Source of the DNA: Candidatus Saccharimonadota bacterium
Lineage (GTDB): Bacteria > Patescibacteriota > Saccharimonadia > Saccharimonadales > Saccharimonadaceae
Reading direction: 5' to 3'
Assembly: GCA_020160975.1 (NCBI GenBank)
Contig: JAIUPJ010000001.1
Span: 660,001 to 692,000 of the forward strand
Length of the DNA stretch: 32,000 nt
The position numbers were made by a program, and so were the translations under genes. The notes under the pieces were generated by a model. It was not told the DNA's origin. It did no database searches and was given only the letters and a program-made list of their open reading frames with translations. The number at the start of each line of letters is the position of its first letter. The stretch's first letter is position 1. Of this stretch, positions 8,342 to 16,692 are shown in pieces.

Positions 8342-9973
8342 ATGGCAGAAAGTCGAGTTCGATCGGTCGTCTCCATGGCAAACCAGAAACTTACGGTGCA
8401 GTGGGCAGCGATTCTGCTTTCGGGCTCGATGTTTATTTCGTCACTGCTCGGCATCTACCGCGACCGTTTGCTCAACGGGCTGTATCTCGATAGCTATCCA
8501 GTAGGGATTGATGCCTACACTGTTGCTTTCACGATTCCTGACTTCATGTTTTTCATTCTTGTGTCAGGTGCATTGAGCGTGACATTCGTGCCAGTATTTA
8601 ATCAGCGTCTCGCCAGCGGCAACAAACATTCTGCATGGGAGTTGAGCTCGAGTTTACTGAATTTTATGGCATTGATCACCCTGGTGGCGAGTGTGTTGAT
8701 TATGATTTTTGCTGATCCGCTTGTGCGCTATGTTGTTGGCCCTGGCCTCGACGAATCAGGCCGGGCGCTGGCAGTTAGCATGATGCGGATTATCGCTGTT
8801 AACCCATTCTTGTTTGCCGTCGCAACGGTGATCGCCAGCATGCAGCAGGCAATTGGGCGATTCACGTTCTATGCGCTTGCCCCAACGATTTATAACATCG
8901 GGATTATTATCGGTGCGCAGTTCTTTACGAGTGGTATCAATATTTTTGGCTGGCAAGTGTTTGATGGCGGCATCATGGGTGTGGCGCTTGGCGTTGTGCT
9001 TGGGTCGGTGATGCAGCTCCTGGTTAGCTCGATCGGGCTGCTTGGTATTGGGTTTGACTATAGAGCAAAAATTAGCTGGAAAAACAAAGGCTTTCGGCGC
9101 GTTTTGCGTCTGCTGCCAGCGCGTTCACTCGATCAAGGCATTGATTATTTTAATGGGCTAGTCGAGACCAATCTTGCCTCCCACATGGCGGATGGTACAA
9201 TTCGCGCCTACCAGCAGGCATCATCTCTCAGCTTGATGCCAGTTAATTTGATCGGTGTTGCTATCAGTAACGCTGCTTTTCCACGCATGACCGAGCGGTT
9301 AGCCGAGGGCAGAAGCGAACTGTTTCGTAAGGAGCTTCGAGGTGTCCTTCGCTGGATTATTTGGCTCGCCTTGCCAGTGTCGGTAATCACATTCTTTGGA
9401 CGAGGGTTTATCGTGGCATTCATCAAAAACGGTGGTAATCAACTCATCGCTGGGCTGCTCGGTGCACTGGTGATCGCAATATTATTCCGTACGATTTATC
9501 ACATCGCGGCCAGGGTGTTCTATGCCCAGCAGGATACCAAGACGCCGCTCTATATTTCGATTTTCTCGATTGCACTTAATATTATTCTTGCGGTTACATT
9601 TACCAATATTTTTGGTCTTGGCGTATATGGACTAGCATGGGCACAGTCAATCGTGGCGTTCATTGAAGTGGTTATTTTGTTTGTAATCCTGGCAGTCAGG
9701 ATACCAAAGCTATTTACTCGTACATTTCGTCGGGCTGTCGGACGGATGGTGATTGCTAGTGCATTGATGGGTGTCGTGACTTATGTCAGTGTGCAGTTGT
9801 TTCAATTTCAAAACAACGACCAGAGCTTCCTTGCTACGTTTCCAAAGTTCGGGTTGATTAGCGTAATCAGCTTTGTAACCTATGTCGCGATATCGAAGTG
9901 GATGCGCCTTACTGAGGCTGATCCTGTAATTGCTCGGGTTGGTGCAGTACTGTTTGGAAAACGTCGCTCATGA
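8342..9973 (+). CDS. murJ: lipid II flippase MurJ (MviN family)
   Basis: 543-aa polytopic protein. The N-terminal ...SSLLGIYRDRLL... motif and overall pattern are typical of MurJ. GAGG lies 5 nt upstream. The stop overlaps the lepA start. Confidence 0.85.
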   Translation: MAESRVRSVVSMANQKLTVQWAAILLSGSMFISSLLGIYRDRLLNGLYLDSYPVGIDAYTVAFTIPDFMFFILVSGALSVTFVPVFNQRLASGNKHSAWELSSSLLNFMALITLVASVLIMIFADPLVRYVVGPGLDESGRALAVSMMRIIAVNPFLFAVATVIASMQQAIGRFTFYALAPTIYNIGIIIGAQFFTSGINIFGWQVFDGGIMGVALGVVLGSVMQLLVSSIGLLGIGFDYRAKISWKNKGFRRVLRLLPARSLDQGIDYFNGLVETNLASHMADGTIRAYQQASSLSLMPVNLIGVAISNAAFPRMTERLAEGRSELFRKELRGVLRWIIWLALPVSVITFFGRGFIVAFIKNGGNQLIAGLLGALVIAILFRTIYHIAARVFYAQQDTKTPLYISIFSIALNIILAVTFTNIFGLGVYGLAWAQSIVAFIEVVILFVILAVRIPKLFTRTFRRAVGRMVIASALMGVVTYVSVQLFQFQNNDQSFLATFPKFGLISVISFVTYVAISKWMRLTEADPVIARVGAVLFGKRRS

Positions 9974-11814
9974 ACCAATCAAACATTAGAAACTTTTGTA
10001 TTATAGCGCATATCGATCACGGCAAGTCGACGTTGGCCGATCGTATGATGGAGATGACGAGAACGGTTGAAAAGCGCGACATGAAGTCGCAGTTGCTCGA
10101 TAGTATGGATCTCGAGCGCGAAAAAGGAATCACCATCAAACTCGCGCCTGTGAGGATGAAGTATAAAGACTGCGATCTCAACTTGATCGACACTCCGGGG
10201 CATGTCGACTTCAGTTACGAGGTATCGCGCAGCTTGCAGGCTTGTGAGGGCGCGGTATTGGTAGTTGACGCCAGTCAAGGAATTCAGGCGCAGACTCTCG
10301 CCAATGTATATTTGGCGCTGGAGCAGGATCTTGTGATTATTCCCGTGCTCAACAAAGTCGACTTGCCAGCAGCTGATGTTCCAAGAGTGAGTAAAGAAGT
10401 GATCAATCTACTCGGTTGTGATGAGTCGGATATTTTTCAAATTAGCGCCAAGACAGGAGAAAATGTCGATCAGGTACTGGAGGCTATTATTGAACGAGTC
10501 CCACCACCCGTTTCTCCCCTCGCCTCATCATTATTGCAAGATAATTTATCTGTTAAGGGTTTATCCTTTAACAAAGAGAGCGCCTTGCGAGTGCCGACGC
10601 GTGCGTTGATTTTTGATTCGTATTACGATGATTATCGAGGGGTGATTTTGTACTTGCGCGTCATCGACGGTACGATCAAGAAATCTGATGCGATTAAGAT
10701 GCTGGCGACAAGTGCAAATGGCATTGCACTCGAAGTAGGGCATTTGGCACCCACTATGTCACCCGACCCCGAACTTTCGACTGGAGAAATTGGCTATATG
10801 GTCACAAATCTCAAGACAACTCGTGACGCGCGGGTGGGCGACACGGTGACGGTAGCGCGCGCGATGGCTGTCGAACCGCTGCCAGGATATAAAGACGTGA
10901 AACCATTTGTCTACGCTGGGTTTTTCCCGGTTAGCAATGAAGACTATCAGGATCTCAAAGATGCGATTGAAAAATTGAGCCTGAGCGACAGCGCCTTGCA
11001 ATTTGAACCAGAGAATTCACCCGTTCTCGGCTTTGGTGTGCGGATTGGATTCCTGGGGCTTCTTCACATGGATATCGTGCGGGAGCGACTGGAGCGTGAA
11101 TATAGCCTTGACCTTGTGGTGACAAATCCTTCGACTGACTATCATATTTCTATGACAAATGGTGACGAGCTGGATATCAAAAGTGCCAGTGAACTTCCGG
11201 ATCGTGCGCAGGTAGAAGAGATCAGAGAGCCATGGATCAAGGGTGAGATTGTGGTACCGCAAGAGTACATCGGTGCGGTAATTCAGCTGATCGTCGGCAA
11301 GCGTGGACGCCAGAACAACCTCAGTTACATTGATGAGCGCGCCTTGATTAGCTTTGAAGCGCCACTGGCAAATTTGCTGACTGATTTTTATGACCAGCTA
11401 AAGAGTGTGACGAGCGGCTATGGCTCGTTTAACTACGAGCTAGCCGATTATCGAGCAGAAGATCTTGTGCGTGTTGATTTCTATGTCGGTGGCGAGATGG
11501 TGGATGCGCTTTCAGTCATGTGTCATCGCAGCGAGGCCGATGCGTTAGGCCGCGATGTCACAAAGAAACTGAAAGAAGTTGTGCCGCGCCAAAGTTTTGA
11601 GGTCGCACTGCAAGCAGCAATCGGAGGGCGATACATTGCTCGTGAAACTATCGGCGCCTACCGCAAAGACGTGACGGGATATTTGTATGGCGGTGACGTC
11701 TCTCGTAAGAAAAAACTTCTCGCCAAGCAAGCGAAGGGCAAGAAGCGCATGAAACGGTTCGGTAAAGTCGATATCCCGTCCGAGGCATTTACGGTGATGC
11801 TGAAAAGAGACTAG
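9970..11814 (+). CDS. lepA: translation elongation factor 4 (LepA)
   Basis: G motifs are AHIDHGKST, DTPGH and NKVD. The LepA-specific C-terminus is ...YGGDVSRKKKLLAKQAKGKKRMKRFGKVDIPSEAFTVMLK. ATGA overlaps the murJ stop. Confidence 0.97.
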   Translation: MNQSNIRNFCIIAHIDHGKSTLADRMMEMTRTVEKRDMKSQLLDSMDLEREKGITIKLAPVRMKYKDCDLNLIDTPGHVDFSYEVSRSLQACEGAVLVVDASQGIQAQTLANVYLALEQDLVIIPVLNKVDLPAADVPRVSKEVINLLGCDESDIFQISAKTGENVDQVLEAIIERVPPPVSPLASSLLQDNLSVKGLSFNKESALRVPTRALIFDSYYDDYRGVILYLRVIDGTIKKSDAIKMLATSANGIALEVGHLAPTMSPDPELSTGEIGYMVTNLKTTRDARVGDTVTVARAMAVEPLPGYKDVKPFVYAGFFPVSNEDYQDLKDAIEKLSLSDSALQFEPENSPVLGFGVRIGFLGLLHMDIVRERLEREYSLDLVVTNPSTDYHISMTNGDELDIKSASELPDRAQVEEIREPWIKGEIVVPQEYIGAVIQLIVGKRGRQNNLSYIDERALISFEAPLANLLTDFYDQLKSVTSGYGSFNYELADYRAEDLVRVDFYVGGEMVDALSVMCHRSEADALGRDVTKKLKEVVPRQSFEVALQAAIGGRYIARETIGAYRKDVTGYLYGGDVSRKKKLLAKQAKGKKRMKRFGKVDIPSEAFTVMLKRD

Positions 11815-11930
11815 TGTGGTAGCACTCCGCCGTTTCATCATCGTGCGCCCGCACGATGCTTTAGGGGGAGGAGAGCTGCTTTTGGATTTATTCCAAAACA
11901 GCGAGGAGGGGTGTGCCCCTCCTAAAGATG

Positions 11931-11984
11931 GGTAAAGTCGACATCCCGTCTGAGGCATTTACTGTGATGCTGAAAAGAGACTAA
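11931..11984 (+). repeat. displaced duplicate of the last 54 nt of lepA (last 17 codons plus stop)
   Basis: Copy 11931-11984 versus 11761-11814 differs at 4 positions: gat/gac, tcc/tct, acg/act and tag/taa. All four are synonymous. Confidence 0.9.
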
Positions 11985-12000
11985 GGTGTTAGAATAAAGT

Positions 12001-12573
12001 ATGGAAAAGAAGCATATTATTACAATCGGCGGGCTGCTTGGATCGGGCAAGTCTTCGGCCGCCAAGCTTGTCGCTGAGAAGCTAGCGTACACGCATTATT
12101 CTGCAGGTGACTTGATGCGTCAGCTTGCCAAAGAGAACGGCTATGACGATATCCGTGATTTTAATCTTGCAAGTGAGGGCACAACATCTGCTGACGATCA
12201 GGTAGATGAGCGTACACGGCAGATTGGTGAAACAGGGAGTAACATCGTGTTCGACGGGCATATGTCTTGGCGGTTTATTCCCGGTTCGTTTAAAGTATTT
12301 TTGACGCTTGATTCACGGATGGCAGCAGAGCGTATTCTTGGTAGTATGACACCAGAGCGCAAGGCGTCAGAGCATGTAACTGATGATGCCAGCGCATACG
12401 CGAAACTCCTCGATGAGAGGAAAAGCAGCAACGTTCGTAGATACGAGGCATTATATGGAGTTGACCCGTACCGCCCTGATTACTATGACTGTATTATTGA
12501 TACGCGCGATTCGAATCTCGAGCAGGTAGCTGAGAAGATTATCAATGCATACGAATTATGGCTCAAAGACTAG
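12001..12573 (+). CDS. cytidylate kinase-like P-loop NMP kinase (archaeal-type Cmk family)
   Basis: ITIGGLLGSGKSSAAKLVAEKL is a P-loop. The pattern SAGDLMR...VFDGHMSW...FKVFLTLDSRMAAERI...YDCIIDT matches the cytidylate_kin2-type family. Confidence 0.7.
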   Translation: MEKKHIITIGGLLGSGKSSAAKLVAEKLAYTHYSAGDLMRQLAKENGYDDIRDFNLASEGTTSADDQVDERTRQIGETGSNIVFDGHMSWRFIPGSFKVFLTLDSRMAAERILGSMTPERKASEHVTDDASAYAKLLDERKSSNVRRYEALYGVDPYRPDYYDCIIDTRDSNLEQVAEKIINAYELWLKD

Positions 12574-12596
12574 CACTCTACTTGTCTGAGTGCTAG
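12570..12596. promoter_or_regulatory. CIRCE operator (HrcA binding site) with embedded hrcA promoter -35
   Basis: CTAGCACTC-tacttgtct-GAGTGCTAG is a perfect 9-N9-9 inverted repeat. TTGTCT (12582-12587) is followed by 17 nt, TACAAT (12605-12610), 7 nt and then ATG 12618. The operator overlaps the cmk-like stop codon. Confidence 0.9.
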
Positions 12597-12617
12597 ATTT
12601 TTGCTACAATATATCGT

Positions 12618-13334
12618 ATGAACATCACCGATCGTCAAAGAGCAATTCTCGCAACAATCATCGAGCAGTATGCAGAGATCGCTGCACCAGTTGGTAGTGT
12701 GACATTGGCGAAATTATTCGGCGTATCGAGTGCGACGATTCGCAGTGAAATGGCAAAGCTAGAGGATATCGGATTGATCGAAGCGCCGCATACCAGCGCT
12801 GGTCGTATCCCGACTGACAAAGGGTATCGATTGTATGTCAATGGAATTACTGATGCGCAGATGACCGAACTTCCCAGCGGCGTTGATCGCAGTGCGAGAG
12901 CGATTGAAGCACACTTGAACTCACATGTTGACAAAGCTGATCGAGCAATTCGTAGTGCCGTCGACAGTCTCGCTCAATTGACTGGTAACATGGGATTCGC
13001 AACGATTGGTAGCGAGTTATACACAAATGGCATCGGTACATTGTTTAGCCAGCCGGAGTTCATCGAAGGTAGGCACGTGCAAGCAGTGGCGCGGTTGATC
13101 GACAATATCGAGCCGTGGTTACGAGAGGCTGCACCGAACCAACCGCTCAACGTGTTTATCGGCAGTGAGAATCCGATCGGCAAAACGAGCGGCGCAACAT
13201 TGATTATCAGTAAATTTCGTTCACCATTTAGTGACAACAGTTACATTGGCGTGATTGGCCCGACTCGCCAGAACTATGTCCGTACCATGATGTTGGTGCG
13301 CAAAACAGGAACGATGCTTGAGGAGGCATTATAG
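12618..13334 (+). CDS. hrcA: heat-inducible transcription repressor HrcA (short form, 238 aa)
   Basis: The N-terminal winged helix is RQRAILATIIEQYAEIAAPVGSVTLAKLFGVSSATIRSEMAKLEDIGLIEAPHTSAGRIPTDKGYRLYV. The C-terminal motif is YIGVIGPTRQNYVRTMMLV. A CIRCE lies upstream and grpE downstream. Confidence 0.92.
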   Translation: MNITDRQRAILATIIEQYAEIAAPVGSVTLAKLFGVSSATIRSEMAKLEDIGLIEAPHTSAGRIPTDKGYRLYVNGITDAQMTELPSGVDRSARAIEAHLNSHVDKADRAIRSAVDSLAQLTGNMGFATIGSELYTNGIGTLFSQPEFIEGRHVQAVARLIDNIEPWLREAAPNQPLNVFIGSENPIGKTSGATLIISKFRSPFSDNSYIGVIGPTRQNYVRTMMLVRKTGTMLEEAL

Positions 13335-13336
13335 AT

Positions 13337-13795
13337 ATGGCAAAGAAAGACGACAAACGAGATGCGCAAATTGCTGAGCTAACCGCTGATTTACAGCGGA
13401 TGCGAGCGGATTTTGAGAATTATCGAAAGCGTGTCGACGGTGAGAAATCACAAGCCAAAGAGCAGGGCGCAGCCTCTACTGCGCTAAAGCTCCTTCCTGT
13501 TATCGACACCATTGAACGTGCAATTCTGCATATTCCACCGGACATTGCAGAACATCCATGGGTACAGGGCGTGGCGGGGCTCATCAAGCAGCTTGATAAA
13601 GCACTCGCTGATATGGATATCGCCCGGATTGATGCGACACCAGGTGTAAAGTTCAATCCCGAACAACACCAGGCCATTCAAATGGACGAGGAGGCAAAAG
13701 GGGATCACGAGGTGGTGGCTGAGGAATTACAGGCAGGATATCTTCTCCGCGGCCAGCCAATTCGCCATGCCATGGTAAAAGTCACTCGTGCATAG
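13337..13795 (+). CDS. grpE: nucleotide exchange factor GrpE
   Basis: GAGGAGG SD is upstream. A coiled N-terminus (LQRMRADFENYRKRV) is followed by LLPVIDTIERA and a C-terminal GYLLRGQPIRHAMVKV beta domain. Confidence 0.93.
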   Translation: MAKKDDKRDAQIAELTADLQRMRADFENYRKRVDGEKSQAKEQGAASTALKLLPVIDTIERAILHIPPDIAEHPWVQGVAGLIKQLDKALADMDIARIDATPGVKFNPEQHQAIQMDEEAKGDHEVVAEELQAGYLLRGQPIRHAMVKVTRA

Positions 13796-13809
13796 TGAAA
13801 AATTTCTAT

Positions 13810-13842
13810 AAAAATCGGACAAGTTGTCCGATTTTTTATTTT
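13810..13842 (+). terminator. intrinsic terminator of hrcA-grpE
   Basis: AAAAATCGGAC-aagtt-GTCCGATTTTT is followed by TATTTTTG. Confidence 0.85.
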
Positions 13843-13864
13843 TGCACCCCTGTCACTAAGCGAA

Positions 13865-13891
13865 CTAGCACTCTTGACAGTAGAGTGCTAG
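13865..13891. promoter_or_regulatory. CIRCE operator with embedded dnaK promoter -35
   Basis: CTAGCACTC-ttgacagta-GAGTGCTAG. TTGACA (13874-13879) is followed by 17 nt and TATCAT (13897-13902). Confidence 0.9.
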
Positions 13892-13912
13892 TTCGCTATC
13901 ATAGGAGCAGAA

Positions 13913-13939
13913 TTGGCACTATCCTGCGAGGAGTGCCAA
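13913..13939. promoter_or_regulatory. second, variant CIRCE-like inverted repeat in the dnaK leader
   Basis: TTGGCACTA-tcctgcgag-GAGTGCCAA keeps the 9-N9-9 geometry. The A-to-G change is mirrored in both arms. It lies just downstream of the predicted dnaK -10. Confidence 0.6.
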
Positions 13940-14092
13940 TCAATTACCTGAAAATCTAATGCAATAACAAGAGAAAGGGGAAGCGCGAAGGGAAAAACAC
14001 AGCCGGATCGACGAATCTACTTCGTCGTCCGCGCGATAGGAAAAGCCGTAGGTTTGTCCTATACAGTGAACCCTTTGGGCGAACGAAGAATT

Positions 14093-15988
14093 ATGGGAAA
14101 AATTATCGGAATCGACCTCGGAACAACCAACAGTGCTTTTGCATACCTTGTGGCAGGCAAGCCAGAAGTGATCGCAAACGCCGAGGGTAACCGCACGACG
14201 CCAAGCGTCGTGGCGGTTAATAAAGGTGGCGAACGTCTTGTCGGTCAGGTGGCTCAGCGCCAGCGCGTGACGAACGCCAAAAATACCATTTATGGTATCA
14301 AGCGGTTAATTGGCCGTAAGTTTGACGACAAAGAAGTCCAGAAAGATATTGACATCATGCCATTCAAAATCGTCAAGCACGCCAATGGTGTTGGTGTAGA
14401 GATGGGCGGCAAAGAATATACACCAGAAGAAGTATCGGCTATGATCTTGAGCAAGATCAAGGCAGACGCTGAGGCATTCTTGGGGGAAAAAGTGACCGAA
14501 GCAGTTATCACAGTGCCAGCATACTTTGATGACTCTCAGCGCCAAGCGACCAAAGACGCTGGCAAGATTGCCGGGCTAGAAGTCAAGCGTATCATCAATG
14601 AACCAACGGCAGCAGCGCTCGCCTATGGTCTCGAAAAAGGCAAAGAAGAAAAGATCGTGGTGTTTGACCTCGGTGGCGGTACGTTCGACGTATCAGTTCT
14701 TGAGCTTGGCGATGGGGTATTTGAAGTCAAGAGCACCAATGGTGACACGCACCTCGGTGGCGAAGACTTTGACAATGCGATCGTGAATTACTTCATCGAT
14801 GAATTTAAAAAGACCGATGGTATTGATCTCAAGAAAGACAATGCTGCCATGCAGCGACTCAAGGACGAGGCTGAAAAGGCTAAGAAAGAACTATCGACGA
14901 CGACCGAGTACGAAGTTAATATCCCGTTCATCACGGCTGATGCCGATGGACCTAAGCACTTTGAGCTCAAGCTCACCCGTGCCAAACTTGAAGAACTGGT
15001 CGCGCCATTGCTCAACCGACTTGATGATCCTGTCGAAAAAGCTCTCAAGGACGCCAAGCTTAACAAAAACGATATCGACAACATCGTATTGGTTGGTGGC
15101 ATGACGCGCATGCCCTCAGTCGTCGAGCGTGTCAAGAAGTTGTTTGGCAAAGACCCGATGCAGGGAGTGAATCCAGATGAGGTCGTGGCAATCGGTGCCG
15201 CGATTCAGGGCGGTGTTTTGGCAGGAGATGTGAAAGACGTGTTGCTCCTCGACGTGACGCCACTGAGCCTTGGCATCGAAACCATGGGCGGTGTCTCGAC
15301 CAAGTTGATTGAGCGCAACACTACAATTCCTACTAGCAAAAGCGAGGTCTTTTCGACCGCCAGTGATAATCAGCCACAGGTTGAGATCCATGTGCTGCAA
15401 GGTGAGCGCGAGTTCGCGGCCGATAACAAGAGTTTGGGCAAGTTTGTCCTTGATGGTATTGCGCCAGCGCCGCGTGGTGTACCACAAATCGAAGTCACGT
15501 TTAACCTCGACGCCAACGGTCTGTTGAATGTAACTGCCAAGGATAAAGGTACAGGTAAAGAGCAGTCGATTACTATTCAAGAATCTGGCAACATGAGCAA
15601 GGAAGATATTGAGAAGGCTCAAAAGGAGGCTGAGCTCCACGCTGAAGACGATAAGAAAAAACGTGAGTCGGTTGATCTCAAGAACCAGCTCGAAAATGCC
15701 ATCTATCAGGCAAAGAAAATGCCCGATGAATACAAGGATAAGATTTCCGATGAGGACAAGAAGGCAATTGAATCAGCCGTTGAAGAAGCCGAAAAGCACA
15801 AGGAATCGACCGATAAGGACGAGCTTGAGGCGGCAATCAAAGCGCTCAATGACGTGCTGATGCCAATCGGTGCCAAGATGTACCAGCAAGCGGCAGAAGA
15901 TGCCAAAGCTGATGAGTCGGAATCTGATGACAAAAAGTCAGGCAAAGACGAAGCGGTTGAAGGCGAGGTCGTTGACGACAAAAAATAG
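14093..15988 (+). CDS. dnaK: molecular chaperone DnaK (Hsp70)
   Basis: Motifs [24 protein letters not shown] and [10 protein letters not shown] are present, with an acidic C-terminal tail. The track start at 14054 is an upstream extension, so ATG 14093 gives the canonical N-terminus. Confidence 0.97.
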   Translation: MGKIIGIDLGTTNSAFAYLVAGKPEVIANAEGNRTTPSVVAVNKGGERLVGQVAQRQRVTNAKNTIYGIKRLIGRKFDDKEVQKDIDIMPFKIVKHANGVGVEMGGKEYTPEEVSAMILSKIKADAEAFLGEKVTEAVITVPAYFDDSQRQATKDAGKIAGLEVKRIINEPTAAALAYGLEKGKEEKIVVFDLGGGTFDVSVLELGDGVFEVKSTNGDTHLGGEDFDNAIVNYFIDEFKKTDGIDLKKDNAAMQRLKDEAEKAKKELSTTTEYEVNIPFITADADGPKHFELKLTRAKLEELVAPLLNRLDDPVEKALKDAKLNKNDIDNIVLVGGMTRMPSVVERVKKLFGKDPMQGVNPDEVVAIGAAIQGGVLAGDVKDVLLLDVTPLSLGIETMGGVSTKLIERNTTIPTSKSEVFSTASDNQPQVEIHVLQGEREFAADNKSLGKFVLDGIAPAPRGVPQIEVTFNLDANGLLNVTAKDKGTGKEQSITIQESGNMSKEDIEKAQKEAELHAEDDKKKRESVDLKNQLENAIYQAKKMPDEYKDKISDEDKKAIESAVEEAEKHKESTDKDELEAAIKALNDVLMPIGAKMYQQAAEDAKADESESDDKKSGKDEAVEGEVVDDKK

Positions 15989-16005
15989 TTTTCTTGATGG
16001 AACGT

Positions 16006-16037
16006 AAAAAAACCGACCCATTCGTTGGGTCGGTTTT
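16006..16037. terminator. bidirectional intrinsic terminator between convergent dnaK and pilin genes
   Basis: AAAAAAACCGACCCA-ttcgt-TGGGTCGGTTTT has an A run on one side and a T run on the other. Confidence 0.85.
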
Positions 16038-16051
16038 GCTGGGGCATGATG

Positions 16052-16573
16052 CTATGAGGTTTGAGTGCAAGTTCCGGAGGTAACGCCAAGTGACAGCGGT
16101 GTCGATGCAGGAGCTTTTGTGCTGTAGTCGTATTTTGTCAGCCGCACGCCTGCACCGGGGGTATTTGTTACGGGAGCAGTGCAGAGCTCAACTTTTAGTG
16201 AAGTTTTGCCATTGGCTGCACTAGGAGTATTCGGTGTTGCGGTCGAAGGAATAGCGGTAAATGTTGCAGTGCCTACGCGAGATTCGCTATAGGTATTGAG
16301 GCTATTCACTAGCGCACCTGCCGCAGTGTTCGAAGGATACGCGCCAGCTAACGTATAGTATGCATGCATTTTCTTGGCAACATTATTGACCAACGTGTCT
16401 GCTGCCGAGTTATTTGCCCGAGCCTGCAATCCGGTATAACCGATAATGGTAATCGCTGCGAGAATGGCGATAATCACAACGACGATCAAGAGCTCGACGA
16501 TAGTAAAACCTTTTGTTCGAAACGGGAATTTCACAATCAATAGATGCCCCTTATTTGATATGCTGATAGGCAT
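16052..16573 (-). CDS. type IV pilin (prepilin-type N-terminal cleavage/methylation domain)
   Basis: ...RTKG|FTIVELLIVVVIIAILAAITIIGYTGLQARANN is the class III signal and pilin helix, with Glu at +5. There are two C-terminal Cys. The real start is probably TTG 16540 (AAGGGG 6 nt upstream), because a TGgTATACT extended -10 lies 1 nt from ATG 16573. Confidence 0.85.
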   Translation of the reverse strand: MPISISNKGHLLIVKFPFRTKGFTIVELLIVVVIIAILAAITIIGYTGLQARANNSAADTLVNNVAKKMHAYYTLAGAYPSNTAAGALVNSLNTYSESRVGTATFTAIPSTATPNTPSAANGKTSLKVELCTAPVTNTPGAGVRLTKYDYSTKAPASTPLSLGVTSGTCTQTS

Positions 16574-16692
16574 CAGTATACCATATGCATTTTTTCATTC
16601 AGAAATAGCTTATGGCAACGAATGGGCAGCTGCTCCGTTCCGAGTGTTGCACTTTGCTTGTGCTTTTCTGTCGAAACAGCTACCATGATGAC

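Noticed and set aside
11545-11958. Minus-strand ORF of 137 aa spanning the lepA end and the duplicated segment.
   Set aside because: It is antisense to the well-supported lepA C-terminus and to the hairpin insert, and it has no recognisable features. It is a typical shadow ORF.
14054-14092. Longer N-terminal extensions offered by the ORF track: dnaK 14054, dnaJ 18960, tilS 5483, comEC 25770, LTD protein 28070, FAD oxidase 16612, membrane protein 2174.
   Set aside because: Each extension starts at a non-ATG codon or adds non-homologous residues before a canonical family N-terminus. Several overlap operators, -10 boxes or terminator hairpins. The internal ATGs with SD or leaderless -10 context were preferred.
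14290-16089. Multiple antisense or alternate-frame ORFs inside dnaK (for example 14788-15150 minus, 15116-15640 minus, 15706-16089 minus). Similar shadow ORFs occur inside ftsH, murJ, lepA, rimK, the LTD gene and the PBP gene (30548-30799 and 31268-31777).
   Set aside because: They lie entirely within strongly supported conserved genes. The products are Ser/Leu/Arg-rich mirror translations with no motifs.
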